64,000 bases of DNA from an uncultured Chroococcidiopsis sp. (GCA_964248365.1 CAXTYC010000011.1:32001-96000); one strand, 5' to 3'; shown: positions 30,162 through 41,674, numbered from the stretch's first letter. Notes: a model not told the origin generated them from the letters alone. Numbers and translations are program-made.

Positions 30162-33100
30162 ATGCAGCGCTCAACATTCAACGAAGATCCCCTCTGGTTT
30201 AAAGATGCAATTATTTACGAAGTGCCTGTTCGCGCGTTTGCTGATAGTAATGGTGATGGTATTGGTGACTTTCGCGGGCTGACAGAAAAACTGGATTATT
30301 TACAAGATTTAGGAGTAACCGCACTTTGGTTGTTGCCGTTCTTTCCCTCCCCGCTCAAAGATGATGGCTATGATATTGCAGACTACACCCAAGTCAACCC
30401 GATATATGGCACGTTAGAAGATTTTAAGGAATTCTTGGCAGCTGCCCATCAGCGGGGAATCCGAGTGATTATTGAGTTAATTGTCAACCATACTTCCGAT
30501 CAGCATCCTTGGTTTCAAAGGGCGCGTCTTGCGCCCAAGGGTAGTTCTGAGCGAGATTTTTACGTTTGGAGTGATACCCCAGAAAAATACCAAGAGGCGC
30601 GGATTATCTTTCAAGATTTTGAGACATCTAACTGGGCTTGGGACTCGGTAGCTAAAGCTTATTATTGGCATCGCTTCTACTCCCATCAGCCGGATATAAA
30701 CTATGACAACCCAGCAGTGCGTCAGGCTGTCTTAGATGTTTTAGATTTTTGGTTAGAAATGGGGGTAGATGGGTTACGCATGGATGCAGTGCCTTATTTG
30801 TATGAGCGAGAAGGGACTAACTGCGAGAACCTCGATCTAACTCATGCTTTTCTGAAGCAGATGCGATCGCACGTAGACGAAAAATTCCCCAACCGAATGC
30901 TGCTAGCCGAGGCGAATCAATGGCCTGAAGATGCGGCACAATACTACGGCAATGGGGATGAGTGTCATATGAACTTCCATTTTCCCCTCATGCCTCGCCT
31001 ATTTATGGCGTTGCGGATGGAAGATAGCTTCCCGATTGCTGATATTCTCCAGCAGACTCCTACCATTCCCGATAACTGTCAGTGGGCGTTGTTTTTGCGT
31101 AACCATGATGAACTGACTTTGGAAATGGTGACGGATGAAGACCGAGACTATATGTATCAAGTTTATGCGCGTGATCCCCAGATGCGGCTTAACTTGGGCA
31201 TCCGTCGCCGCTTGGCTCCCCTATTGGGAAATGACCGCCGCCAAATCGAGTTGCTCAATAGTCTGCTGTTGTCTTTGCCTGGAACCCCTGTGCTTTACTA
31301 TGGGGATGAAATTGGTATGGGCGATAACGTTTATGTGGGGGATCGCAATGGTGTGCGTACACCAATGCAGTGGAGTAGCGATCGCAATGCAGGATTTAGT
31401 CGCGCCAACTCGCAAAGGTTGTATTTACCCGTGATTGTTGACTCAGAATATCACTATGCCGCAGTCAACGTCGAGGCACAACGGGCTAACCCCAACTCTC
31501 TTTGGTATTGGATGAAACGCCTACTTGCTACCCGTAAGCGTTTCCAAGCATTTGGTCGAGGCAGCTTTGAGTTGCTACACCCCGATAACCGCAAAGTTCT
31601 TGCCTTCACCCGTACCTACCAGGAAGAACACATCTTGGTAGTTGCGAATTTGTCCCGCTTTGTGCAAACGGTTGAATTAGATTTATCAGCCTGCAAGGGA
31701 ATGGAGCCAGTAGAGATTTTCGGTTACACCGAGTTTCCACCGATTGGAGAGTCACCCTACTTTCTCAGCCTTAGTCCTTATGCATTTTACTGGTTTACGC
31801 TCAAGCCTCAAGTTAGTATCACTCAACCGCCTAAACTCCAAGCACAACTGCCAATGCTGGCTGTCAGTGATAAATGGCAGAATGTTTTTGCAGTTCCACA
31901 GTTGAAAGTCGCTCTGGAATCGATTCTGTCGGATTACGTGTATACCTGTAGCTGGTTTGCTTGTACGAGGACAATTCAATCGAGTCAAATCACTGAAGCG
32001 ATCGCGTTGCCCTACAAAGACAGCGAGGCGATAATGATTTGGTTGCAAGTAGATTATATCCAGGGATCGGAAACTTATTTGCTGCTACTATCTTATGCCC
32101 AGGGTGAGCAAGCAATGCACCTTTTGGCAGAAAATAGTCAAGTTGTGCTAGCTCGTCTTCAGGTGCAAAAGAGAGCTGAGGGAGCTGGGGGAGAAAAGCC
32201 ACTGGCTACTGATTCTGAGGGGGTTTTATTTGATGCTATTGCAGATAAGAATGTTTTGATCTCGTTGCTAGATGCGATAGCGAGTAATCGCTCTTTTCAG
32301 GGAATGGCAGGAGAATTGGTTGCTACGTCAACTAATTTATTGTCCCATCTAGGTGGAGTATTAGCTGAGCTTTCTCCGACTCTCCTGAAGGAGGAACAAA
32401 CCAGCCATGAACCGCATAACACAAGTGTGGTTTATGGCGATGTCACTATGGGTGGATCTGCACCGCAAAATCGTTTGATTTTGAAATTATTTCATAAACT
32501 AGAAGAGGGAATTAACCCAGATCTGGAAATTCGGCGTTTTCTGAGCAATGATGCGATCGCACGCAAATTACCTGCAACGCGACACATTGCTAACCTTGCT
32601 GGGGCTATGGAGTACCGCACTCTGGGGGCGGAACCCATGACTTTAGGAATATTGCAAGAATATATCCAAGATACCCGCAGTGGCTGGGACTATACTCTTG
32701 ATAGTCTGCGCGACTATTTCGATCATGCGATGGTTCGCCGTGCGGAAATAACCGATGTGCCAGTTCCAACAGGATCGCTGTTAGATTTGCAGGCGCAAGA
32801 AATTCCTGAATTAGCTACCCAAGCGATCGGTTCTTACCTGGCTATAGCTCAACTGTTAGGTCAGTGTACCGCTGAACTTCATATTGCTTTGGCATCCGAT
32901 CCTGGTAATCCTGACTTTGCTCCCGAACCGTTTTCATCGCTTTACCAGCGTTCTATCTACCAATATGCCCGCAACCTGACAGGGCAAGTATTCCTGTTAT
33001 TGAAGGAGCGACTAGACTATTTGCCCAGCGCCACTCAAGACTTAGCGAGGACTGTTCACAAACACCAAGCGGAAATCTTAGCACGTTTCCGATTGGTTTT

Positions 33101-33593
33101 AGACCACAAAATCACAGCTTCGCGCACTCGTTGTCATGGAGATTACCATTTAGCGCAAGTGCTTTATACCGGAAAGGACTTCACAATCATTGACTTTGAG
33201 GGAGAACCGGATCGCAGTTTGGGTGAACGACGGATCAAGCGATCGCCCCTACGAGATGTAGCTTCAATGCTGCTATCTTTCAACTACGCTACCAGCCAAG
33301 CACTGCGCCATGAAATAGAGATTGGAATGCTCCGCCCTGAGAATCTCCCCATCATGGAAGCTTGGAGTAGATTTTGGTATAGCTGGGTAAGTGCTGCTTT
33401 CCTAAATGCCTATCTAGAATCTGCAAGCAAAGACTCTTTTTTACCAAAGACAAGAACAGAGCTGCAAGTACTGCTAGATGCCTATCTGATGGAAAAAGTT
33501 ATCTACGCCCTTGGCTACGAACTCAACAACCGCCCAGACTGGATAGAACTTTCACTCCAGCGAATTCTACAGCTTTTGGATGGTTCAAATTGA
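30162..33593 (+). CDS. treS: Trehalose synthase fused to maltokinase-like domain
   Basis: DPLWFKDAIIYE, RMDAVPY, FLRNHDELTLEMV; C-terminal kinase-like HGDYHLAQVL/IIDFEGEP. Confidence 0.95.
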   Translation: MQRSTFNEDPLWFKDAIIYEVPVRAFADSNGDGIGDFRGLTEKLDYLQDLGVTALWLLPFFPSPLKDDGYDIADYTQVNPIYGTLEDFKEFLAAAHQRGIRVIIELIVNHTSDQHPWFQRARLAPKGSSERDFYVWSDTPEKYQEARIIFQDFETSNWAWDSVAKAYYWHRFYSHQPDINYDNPAVRQAVLDVLDFWLEMGVDGLRMDAVPYLYEREGTNCENLDLTHAFLKQMRSHVDEKFPNRMLLAEANQWPEDAAQYYGNGDECHMNFHFPLMPRLFMALRMEDSFPIADILQQTPTIPDNCQWALFLRNHDELTLEMVTDEDRDYMYQVYARDPQMRLNLGIRRRLAPLLGNDRRQIELLNSLLLSLPGTPVLYYGDEIGMGDNVYVGDRNGVRTPMQWSSDRNAGFSRANSQRLYLPVIVDSEYHYAAVNVEAQRANPNSLWYWMKRLLATRKRFQAFGRGSFELLHPDNRKVLAFTRTYQEEHILVVANLSRFVQTVELDLSACKGMEPVEIFGYTEFPPIGESPYFLSLSPYAFYWFTLKPQVSITQPPKLQAQLPMLAVSDKWQNVFAVPQLKVALESILSDYVYTCSWFACTRTIQSSQITEAIALPYKDSEAIMIWLQVDYIQGSETYLLLLSYAQGEQAMHLLAENSQVVLARLQVQKRAEGAGGEKPLATDSEGVLFDAIADKNVLISLLDAIASNRSFQGMAGELVATSTNLLSHLGGVLAELSPTLLKEEQTSHEPHNTSVVYGDVTMGGSAPQNRLILKLFHKLEEGINPDLEIRRFLSNDAIARKLPATRHIANLAGAMEYRTLGAEPMTLGILQEYIQDTRSGWDYTLDSLRDYFDHAMVRRAEITDVPVPTGSLLDLQAQEIPELATQAIGSYLAIAQLLGQCTAELHIALASDPGNPDFAPEPFSSLYQRSIYQYARNLTGQVFLLLKERLDYLPSATQDLARTVHKHQAEILARFRLVLDHKITASRTRCHGDYHLAQVLYTGKDFTIIDFEGEPDRSLGERRIKRSPLRDVASMLLSFNYATSQALRHEIEIGMLRPENLPIMEAWSRFWYSWVSAAFLNAYLESASKDSFLPKTRTELQVLLDAYLMEKVIYALGYELNNRPDWIELSLQRILQLLDGSN

Positions 33594-33738
33594 GGGGCTA
33601 GAGGCTAGGGGCTAGGGGCTAGAAGAAGTGGGGACAAGGTGACCGAGTGACAAGGCTCGTGTTTATGCCGTGTTCTTTCCCCTTATCCCCTTGTCTGGTT
33701 GTCCCCAAGTCCTCTTCCTAGCCCCCAGCCTCCAGCCC

Positions 33739-34836
33739 CTAGCCCCTAGCTCCCACCATTTCCCACCTTAGTAGGGCATCCCCCGACTGAACATCAAACC
33801 AGTGGATGTTCTGGGGGGGCAGAGCCAATGTGATTTCTTTATTAGCCCAATTTTGGTCTGGAGGTAATAAAGCACGTACTGTGAGCGTTTCTGAGTGGGA
33901 ATGAACATTCACACTGACTAAATTGTGCATCCCTAAGTTTTCCACCAAAAACACTCGTCCTCTAATCGTCTGCGTATCGCCAGTAGAGGCGACGCGGACG
34001 TGTTCTGGACGAATACCTAATACAATTTGTGGCGGAACGGTTGGTATTTGAGGCAGAGGTATTTGGAAGTCACCCAAGATTGCATACCTTCCTTGACAGG
34101 GTAGGGTGAGCAAATTCATCTGGGGACTGCCCACAAATCCAGCTACAAATAGATTAGCAGGATGGTTGTAAATGCGATCAGGCGGGTCAAGTTGCTGAAG
34201 ATAACCGTTGTTGAGCAAAGCCACTTTAGTAGAAAGCGTCATTGCTTCGGTTTGGTCGTGGGTGACATAAACTACTGGAGCTTTTTCGGCGGCGAATAGT
34301 TGCTTGATATCTGCCCGCACTCGTTCGCGCAGCAGTGCATCTAAGTTACTCAGCGGTTCATCTAACAAATACACTTCGGCGCGACGCACCAAAGCACGAC
34401 CAACAGCAACCCGCTGTCGTTGTCCTCCAGACATTTGACCTGGTTTGCGACTCATTAACTCTTCTAATCCCAAAAGTCGCGCCACTTCTGCCACTCGCTG
34501 TTTGATTTCTGCCGTTGGGACTTTTTTAAGTCTGAGTCCAGAAGCAAGGTTTTCGTACACAGTCATATGGGGATAAAGCGCGTAGCTTTGAAACACCATC
34601 GCCATGTTGCGATCGCGTGGTTGCTTAAACGTGATATCCTCACCTGCAAGATAGATTCGACCGTGTGTAGGTGACTCCAAACCCGCTATCATCCTTAAAA
34701 CTGTGGACTTGCCACACCCTGAAGGACCAAGTAAGGTGAGAAACTCATTGTTATCTACAGTTAAACTCACGTCTTTAACTGGGACAACTTTGGGCGTATA
34801 GGTTTTATTTAAATTTCTAAGTTCAAGTTTAGCCAT
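33739..34836 (-). CDS. Sugar ABC transporter ATP-binding protein (MalK-like)
   Basis: GPSGCGKS, MSGGQRQR, LLDEPLSNLD. Confidence 0.93.
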   Translation of the reverse strand: MAKLELRNLNKTYTPKVVPVKDVSLTVDNNEFLTLLGPSGCGKSTVLRMIAGLESPTHGRIYLAGEDITFKQPRDRNMAMVFQSYALYPHMTVYENLASGLRLKKVPTAEIKQRVAEVARLLGLEELMSRKPGQMSGGQRQRVAVGRALVRRAEVYLLDEPLSNLDALLRERVRADIKQLFAAEKAPVVYVTHDQTEAMTLSTKVALLNNGYLQQLDPPDRIYNHPANLFVAGFVGSPQMNLLTLPCQGRYAILGDFQIPLPQIPTVPPQIVLGIRPEHVRVASTGDTQTIRGRVFLVENLGMHNLVSVNVHSHSETLTVRALLPPDQNWANKEITLALPPQNIHWFDVQSGDALLRWEMVGARG

Positions 34837-34858
34837 TTTAGCAGGGAGTAGGGAGTAG

Positions 34859-34922
34859 GTAGGGGCGGGTTTAAACGAGTTATCTGTTTGTTCACAAATA
34901 TCTCTGGTAAACCCACCCGTAC
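34859..34922. repeat. Hairpin REP-like element
   Basis: GTAGGGGCGGGTTTAAAC...GGTAAACCCACCCGTAC, followed by STRR arrays (GGGGCTA, AAAAGGAGGC x3). Confidence 0.75.
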
Positions 34923-35113
34923 GGGAGTAGAAGGGACTAGGGGCTAGGGGCTAGAAGAGGGCAAAAGGAGGCAAAAGGAGGCAAAAGGAGGCAAAAGGGA
35001 GAAAGTGCATTCAAATTTCTTGACTTTAAAGCAAGGGTATGGTAAAAACCACCCCCTCAGCTCCCTCAGCTCCCCCAGCTTTCTTCTAGCCCCTAGCCCC
35101 TAGCCTCTAGCCT

Positions 35114-35977
35114 CTAGCCTTTAACAGCCCCAGCGGTCAGACCTTGGACAATCTTGCGCTGGAAGAATAAAACGAGTAAGACCAGGGGTAATGTTCCCAA
35201 AACAGTCGCGGCGGCGATAGGTCCATAAGGAATTTCAAAGACTGAAGCACCGCTTAGCTGTGCAGTTGCGACGGGGATGGTTTTCAAAGATTCACGGGAT
35301 ATAAATGTGAGAGCAAAAATAAATTCATTCCAAGCAGAAATAAAGGTGAGAATTCCCGTTGTCACCAATGCCGGAACGGTCATGGGTAGCAAAATCTGGA
35401 TTAGCATTTGATAGGTGTTGTAGCCATCAACCCTGGCTGAATCTTCTAAATCTTTGGGCAGTTGTTGGAAGAAACTTCGCATCACCAAAATTGTCAGGGG
35501 CAAATTAATGGCAGTATAAGGAATAATCAGCGACAAAAAGTTATTGGCTAAGTTGGTAGCTTGGACAACTTCTAATAGTCCCAAAAATAGCAGCACGGCG
35601 GGAAACAGCGTCACAATTAAGATACTGGCAAGAATGATTTTCCTGCCCACCAGTCGTATTCGTGCCAAGGCATAAGCAGCGGGTGTGCCTAATGCCAAAC
35701 ATAGTAATGTGGAAGTGATGGAAACAATGGCACTATTTAAAATATATTGGGCAAATGGACGGCGAACGAATAGAGACAAATAATGCTCTAGGGTGATTTG
35801 TCTGGGGATGTAGACTGTGGGAACCGCAGAAATATCTCGATTTAGTTTGAATGAGGTTAACACCTGCCACAAAATTGGTCCCATGAAAAAAACTACAACT
35901 GCGATCGCTGCAATGGGTAAAATAATTTTTCGTAGGTTGAAAGTTGATGCTTGTGTTGGTTGTTGTGCAATAGCCAT
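35114..35977 (-). CDS. Carbohydrate ABC transporter permease (MalG-like)
   Basis: EAA-like loop LEDSARVDG; six hydrophobic segments; ends GLTAGAVKG. Confidence 0.92.
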   Translation of the reverse strand: MAIAQQPTQASTFNLRKIILPIAAIAVVVFFMGPILWQVLTSFKLNRDISAVPTVYIPRQITLEHYLSLFVRRPFAQYILNSAIVSITSTLLCLALGTPAAYALARIRLVGRKIILASILIVTLFPAVLLFLGLLEVVQATNLANNFLSLIIPYTAINLPLTILVMRSFFQQLPKDLEDSARVDGYNTYQMLIQILLPMTVPALVTTGILTFISAWNEFIFALTFISRESLKTIPVATAQLSGASVFEIPYGPIAAATVLGTLPLVLLVLFFQRKIVQGLTAGAVKG

Positions 35978-35980
35978 AAT

Positions 35981-36952
35981 TTATCGTACTCCTGTGTTGA
36001 AAAGTTCGCCGTCGATTGGGGGAACCCCAGTCGTAAAATCACGGCGACTTTCCGCTGCTGCCTTGGCGCGAGTTCTGGACAAGAAAAAACTGGCGATCGC
36101 TACAGCTGCTACTAAAATCAAAAATGTCACAACTATCAGTGCCGAACCATAGCCAAAATCCAAATAACGCATGACTGTGCTGTAAATATAGATCGAAACC
36201 GTTTCTGTTGCTCCAGCCGGACCACCGCCAGTCATCACTTGAATTAAATCGAAAATGGCAAAAGCCTGGGCAAACCGAAACAACAAAGCAATTACAATTT
36301 GTGGCATCAATTGGGGAACTGTAATACTCCAAAAGCTTTGCCAAGGAGTAGCACCGTCAAGCGAATGGGCTTCATAGAGTTCATTAGAAATTGACTGCAA
36401 TCCTGCCAGTAATAACAGAGCGATAAATGGTGTAGTCTTCCAGACATCCGCTAAAATCACGGCAATCATTGCCAAAGTTGGATCACCCAGCCAGCTGATG
36501 CCTGTGTCAATCAGTCCCAAGCGTCGTAAAATATCGTTAACTACGCCGTACTGGTCGTTAAAAATCCACGCCCAAGCAATTCCCATTATGGCAGTTGGCA
36601 AAGCCCAAGGTATGAGGGTAATTGTCCGCACAATACTGCGCCCTCTAAACGCTTGATTTAGTACCAGTGCAACACCAATTCCTAAAATTAATTCCAACAG
36701 TACAGAGGCGGTAGTAAAGATTGCGGTATTCCACAAACTCTGCCAAAAGCGCCCATCACCTGCCATCCGCTGATAATTGCTCAACCCAGAGAAAACCCGT
36801 TGTAGCTCTGTCCCTAGGTTTTGAGTATATACACTTAACCAAAAAGCCCGCAAAATTGGGTAAGCATACACTAGCAACAGCATAATTAATGCTGGTAATA
36901 TCAACGTCCATCCGGTTCGCTGTTCTCGTCGCTGTATAGTGTCTAATTTCAT
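35981..36952 (-). CDS. Carbohydrate ABC transporter permease (MalF-like)
   Basis: DVWKTTPF, LYEAHSLDGA, MTGGGPAGATET. Confidence 0.92.
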   Translation of the reverse strand: MKLDTIQRREQRTGWTLILPALIMLLLVYAYPILRAFWLSVYTQNLGTELQRVFSGLSNYQRMAGDGRFWQSLWNTAIFTTASVLLELILGIGVALVLNQAFRGRSIVRTITLIPWALPTAIMGIAWAWIFNDQYGVVNDILRRLGLIDTGISWLGDPTLAMIAVILADVWKTTPFIALLLLAGLQSISNELYEAHSLDGATPWQSFWSITVPQLMPQIVIALLFRFAQAFAIFDLIQVMTGGGPAGATETVSIYIYSTVMRYLDFGYGSALIVVTFLILVAAVAIASFFLSRTRAKAAAESRRDFTTGVPPIDGELFNTGVR

Positions 36953-37064
36953 TTGTCATTGGTAATTGGTAATTGGTAGTTGGTAATTCCTCGCTGAGCC
37001 TCGTACCCCTCGTTCCCAGGCTCAGCGAGGAACAACATCACAAGGCTCAGCCTTGTCACAAGAA

Positions 37065-38402
37065 TTACGAATTGCGAATTTTAACTTGTCCTAGTAGGGT
37101 GCGAGTTTCACTAGCTGCCCCTTTCATTGCTTGTTGGGCAGTCATTCTTCCGGTAAAAGCTGCACTCAGATACCGTTGCAAGATATCCGAAGTTTGGGCA
37201 TATTGAGCGATAGGAGGACGTAAAGCAGGGCGTTGCACAACCTCTAGCAATTGTGGGTAGTGGGGATATTTAGCAACAATTTCTGGGTCTGTAAACAGTG
37301 ATTTGTAACTGGGAATTAACCCCGTTGACAAAATAAATTTGCGTTGCGTCTGTTCACTTGTGAGGTACTCAATCAGCCGCCATGCTTCTTCTTTGTGACT
37401 TGAAGTTTTAGAAATTCCCCAACCCCATCCACCTAAGCAGGAACCACCAATGTTTCCAGCCGAGTGCAGCATTGGCTTAATTGCAATCTTACCCTGGACT
37501 TTGGAACCTTCTTGATTTGCCAGCCGCCAAACATAGGGCCAGTTGCGTAAGAAAACTGATCCGCCGCTTTGAAATAGGAAGCGGGTTTCTTCTTCCCCGT
37601 ATGTCGTAACGCCAGGCGGAGAAATGCCGTTATTAATTGTACTACGTAGAAACTCAACTGCTTTTATCGCCTGTGGCTGGTCAAGTCCTACATCTAAGGT
37701 TTGAGGATTAACCCAAAAGCCCCCAAATCCTTCGAGTACCTCAACAAACATGGCAGATACACCCTCGTATTGCCTACCTTGCCACAGATAACCCCAAGGA
37801 GCTTTCCCCTGTTTGTGCAACTGCTGGGAAATTTTTACCATCTGCTCAAAGGTTTCGGGCGGTTGAACGTGGGCTTCTTTCAACAAGTCTGTGCGGTAGT
37901 AAAGTACCCCAGCATCAGAGGCATGGGGTATGCGATACAGTCTGCCTTGGTAGCGTCCACCCTCAACGTTTCCAGAAACCCATTTTGAGATTTGTTCTTT
38001 GCTTACTCGGTCAGTAAGGTCTATTACCCACCCAGCAGCGGCAAACTTAGGAACCCAGACAATATCCATATTGATGACATCGTAGGGTGACTGTCCTAGC
38101 AAAAAGGCAGAGGTGTAAAGATTTTCAATTAAATTGGTATCAAATGGTCCTTCGATAAATTGAACGCGGATGCCTGGGTTTTTGGTTTCAAATTCTCTGA
38201 CAAATGGTGTCCAATTAGCAATGTCTTGACCCTGCATCAACATGGTAAGAACGACTGGCTGCTGAGCTAGCACTCTCCAGCCAATCAAAATGATGCTCAA
38301 GCTAAGTGCAAGAAAAATACTAAAACGGCGCAAAGTTCCAAGTTTTTGTAGGAATTGCAGCTTATTTAGTGTGCGGTAAAACATTCTCAAAGGGGTAATC
38401 AT
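37065..38402 (-). CDS. Sugar ABC transporter substrate-binding protein (trehalose/maltose-type)
   Basis: MDIVWVPKFAAAGW, LYYRTDLL, WQGRQYEG, FLRNWPY; exact start uncertain. Confidence 0.88.
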   Translation of the reverse strand: MITPLRMFYRTLNKLQFLQKLGTLRRFSIFLALSLSIILIGWRVLAQQPVVLTMLMQGQDIANWTPFVREFETKNPGIRVQFIEGPFDTNLIENLYTSAFLLGQSPYDVINMDIVWVPKFAAAGWVIDLTDRVSKEQISKWVSGNVEGGRYQGRLYRIPHASDAGVLYYRTDLLKEAHVQPPETFEQMVKISQQLHKQGKAPWGYLWQGRQYEGVSAMFVEVLEGFGGFWVNPQTLDVGLDQPQAIKAVEFLRSTINNGISPPGVTTYGEEETRFLFQSGGSVFLRNWPYVWRLANQEGSKVQGKIAIKPMLHSAGNIGGSCLGGWGWGISKTSSHKEEAWRLIEYLTSEQTQRKFILSTGLIPSYKSLFTDPEIVAKYPHYPQLLEVVQRPALRPPIAQYAQTSDILQRYLSAAFTGRMTAQQAMKGAASETRTLLGQVKIRNS

Positions 38403-38725
38403 AAGTGGTAATATAACTGCTAATTGGTAATTGGTAGTTGGTAGAGACTTAGCACTGCTACCTTAGTACAGGTAATTGGTAGTTGAGAAAATAAAGTTAT
38501 TTAAAAAAAAGTTTCAATTTGTTAACTTTGAACTTGAATAAGTTGATCCCCGTTAATTTTACTTATACTACACTAGCTTAAACTGGATTTATCTTGAGTT
38601 TTGCTAAAGTTAAAATTGTTTATTTACCTAGCTAACAAATACTGTTATTTAAGGTACAATTTCAAGGAAAATAAAGTAATTAATTGTCGCTAAAGGTACA
38701 ATAAATAACACTAAGAGTAGTAGAA

Positions 38726-38876
38726 TAGACGTATTGCATAAGGAGTCCCGCCCTCCTTTTTGCGTCCGAACGATCGCGGCTTTGCGCGGACACTTTACGT
38801 GGGGTCGGGAAACCAGCGCTCGTTTGTGTCCAAGTCTATTGCGAGAAACGAAAAAAAGAGTTTTGCAAGAGGTCTA
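38726..38876. mobile_element. MITE-like element with TAGAC(C/G)T(C/A)TTGCA terminal inverted repeats
   Basis: TAGACGTATTGCATAA ... TTTTGCAAGAGGTCTA; GC-rich interior in AT-rich intergenic DNA. Confidence 0.6.
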
Positions 38877-39294
38877 ATTAGGAGGAGAAAAAGTTAAGTT
38901 TAATTAAATTAAAGATAAGAAAGTAAGTAAAACTTTGATTGAATCAGTAGTTATTATTGCTCAAGTGGTAAGGGTGTGCGCTGAGCTACTAACAAGCGAT
39001 CGCACTTGGTAGGTAAACCGATTAGCTCGTAGATTGGTAGCATTATAAGTGCGATCGCCCCGCCCAACTTCTTGTATTCTAGTTATAAAGCTAGTGTGCC
39101 ACTATTTAAGATTGTCTGAAAATTCCCTCCAGTCTTAGACAATCATAAAAACAATTGTAAGTAGTGTAGTATTTCTAGAGGTATTTATTATCTATTTCTG
39201 TATTTGACCTAGAAGCAGCTTGGAGAGAAAAAATAATTACGAATTACGTAGGGCGAAGCCCTTCTCGTGCGAGTATTACGAATTACGAATTATT

Positions 39295-40815
39295 ATGACT
39301 TACTTTATCGGCGTTGATATTGGCACTACCAGTACCAAAGCAATTGTATTTTCATCCTCCGGTGCAATCAAAGGTATGGGCAATCGGGGATATAATATTC
39401 TCGTACCTCAGCCAACGTGGGCAGAGCAAGATCCAAAAGCGATATTTGCGGCTATGATTTGCGCCATCCGTGATGCAGTTGATGCGGCTGGTGTATCAAA
39501 GGATATTGCAGCGGTTGGTTTTAGTACAGCCATGCACACCTTAATTGTAATGGATGCCCACAACCATCCCATTACAAACAGCATCATCTGGGCTGATCAG
39601 CGTAGTGTTAGCTCGTCTGAAAAACTCAAACAGGATGGAACTGGGAATGCTATATACCAACGCACAGGAACACCAATTCACCCGATGTCGCCGCTGTGCA
39701 AGCTAATCTGGATGCGGGAATCACAACCCGATACTTTTCGCCAAGCTGCCAAATTCGTATCGATTAAAGAGTATATTTTATACCAATTGTTTGAGCGTTA
39801 TGTAGTTGACTACTCGATCGCTTCTGCTACAGGTTTATTTAATCTACAGCAGCTTAACTGGGATAAAGAAGCATTAACACTAGCAGGAATTACGCCCTCG
39901 CAATTAAGTGAACTTGTACCAACTACCTATATTTTGCAAGGAATGAAGGCGCAACACGCCGCAGCAATGGGGTTAGCGACTGATACACCGACTGTGATTG
40001 GAGCGAATGACGGTGTGTTGGCGAATTTGGGAGTGGGTGCAATTACACCAGACTCTTTTGCGATCACGATTGGAACTAGTGGAGCAGTGCGCCGTGTTAC
40101 CCAGCAGCCAATTACTGATCCGCAAGAGAGAACATTTTGTTATTACTTAGCTGATAATCTCTGGGTAATTGGGGGAGCAATCAATAGCGGTGGAATTATT
40201 TTTCGGTGGTTGCGTGATGAATTTTGTGCTGAGGAAGTCGAAGCCGCAAAGCAACTTGGGGTAAATGCATATGATGTGATGATTCAAGAAGCTGTTAAAG
40301 TACCAGCAGGTGCTTCTGGGTTAATTTGTTTACCGTTTTTAGCAGGTGAGCGATCGCCTTACCCGAATGCTAAGGCGCGGGGTGTGTTTTTTGGTGTTGG
40401 GTTACATCATACACGGGCGCACTTTATTCGGGCTGTCTTAGAAGGAATTTTGTTTGCTGTTTACAGCGTAAATGTGGCTGTGCAAGATTTAACCGGAGCA
40501 GCGGTCGAACTTCGTGTATCTGGTGGTTTTGCCCGTTCTGAGCTATGGTTGCAGATGATGGCTGAAGTATTTGGGCAAGAGGTAAGTACGCCCGAAGTTT
40601 ACGAAGCTAGTGGTTTTGGGGCTGCTTTGCTAGCAATGTATGCTGTAGGTGCGATCGCCCATTTGTCCGATGTGCATCAACTTATCCGCATCTCAAAACG
40701 TTATCAGCCACAGATCCAATCGAGTATCTACAAAGATCTTTTCTCCCTCTACCAACGTATCTATCAAAATCTGATAGAGGAATTTAACTCGATAGCCGAT
40801 TATCAGCGCCAATAA
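39295..40815 (+). CDS. gntK: Gluconokinase (FGGY carbohydrate kinase family)
   Basis: IGVDIGTTSTKA, TGTPIHPMSP, DYSIASATG, PFLAGERSP; start taken at MTYFIG. Confidence 0.85.
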   Translation: MTYFIGVDIGTTSTKAIVFSSSGAIKGMGNRGYNILVPQPTWAEQDPKAIFAAMICAIRDAVDAAGVSKDIAAVGFSTAMHTLIVMDAHNHPITNSIIWADQRSVSSSEKLKQDGTGNAIYQRTGTPIHPMSPLCKLIWMRESQPDTFRQAAKFVSIKEYILYQLFERYVVDYSIASATGLFNLQQLNWDKEALTLAGITPSQLSELVPTTYILQGMKAQHAAAMGLATDTPTVIGANDGVLANLGVGAITPDSFAITIGTSGAVRRVTQQPITDPQERTFCYYLADNLWVIGGAINSGGIIFRWLRDEFCAEEVEAAKQLGVNAYDVMIQEAVKVPAGASGLICLPFLAGERSPYPNAKARGVFFGVGLHHTRAHFIRAVLEGILFAVYSVNVAVQDLTGAAVELRVSGGFARSELWLQMMAEVFGQEVSTPEVYEASGFGAALLAMYAVGAIAHLSDVHQLIRISKRYQPQIQSSIYKDLFSLYQRIYQNLIEEFNSIADYQRQ

Positions 40816-40953
40816 TTTCTAAATTTACACACCAGGAGTCAGGAGACAGGAGTCAGGAGAAACCAGGGGAGGTTATCTATGGCTATCTTTCGTGAGTAAT
40901 TAACTATTCTATATCCAGGCTCCAGGCTCCTGACGTGGGTCTTCTGTCTCCTT

Positions 40954-41280
40954 TCATACACATCTAACTGCTGTACCACTCACAGCAACCATCAACATAC
41001 TTCCACCGCCACTGGTAGTGATAGTTTCGTAATCAATATCGATACCAATCACAGCATTAGCACCCAAAGACTGCGCTTGTTGAACCATTTCGCGCATGGC
41101 GGTATCTTTTGCTTGTCGTAGGGATTTTTCATATCCTGCCGATCGCCCACCTACAATATCGCGTATACCTGCAAAGAAATCCTTGAAAATATTTGCTCCC
41201 AGTATAGCTTCACCACTAACAATACCCAGATGATCGACGATCTGCTTGTCTCCCACGTTACCTGTTGTTGTCAAAAGCAT
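40954..41280 (-). CDS. YbjQ/UPF0145 family protein
   Basis: [44 protein letters not shown]. Confidence 0.93.
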   Translation of the reverse strand: MLLTTTGNVGDKQIVDHLGIVSGEAILGANIFKDFFAGIRDIVGGRSAGYEKSLRQAKDTAMREMVQQAQSLGANAVIGIDIDYETITTSGGGSMLMVAVSGTAVRCV

Positions 41281-41510
41281 GGTTTTTTATTTTCATTGGG
41301 TCGTAACTTTAATCATGAATGATAAATTACTTTTTCATCTGTCTTGGAAAGTTCAAAGGAGAGTTGGGGAACCCCAACTCTATTTTTACCCCGACTTTCC
41401 GCTGAATATTTCTAATTGTGTAACACCAAAAAATTATGCTGACACATTTGGAATTGCTAAAATTCCCACTCATTAGATATGCTTCGCGTCAAAGCGTCTC
41501 TACAATCCTT

Positions 41511-41674
41511 AGATCTTGCACCTATACCATAGTCCGCCTGCTAATTAATTAGCAGGCTAATAGCCAAAGTCTTCTTAAGAAGACTAACATTGGGTTGCAG
41601 TCCATTTCAATGGACTTGAGCTATTAGCCCAAAAAAGGAGTAAGGGGCTGTTATTGAAACTGGTGCAATATGTG
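41511..41674. repeat. Multi-hairpin dispersed repeat with terminal inverted repeats
   Basis: AGATCTTGCACC...GGTGCAATATGT termini; internal hairpins GCCTGCTAATTAATTAGCAGGC, AGTCTTCTTAAGAAGACT, AGTCCATTTCAATGGACT. Confidence 0.7.
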
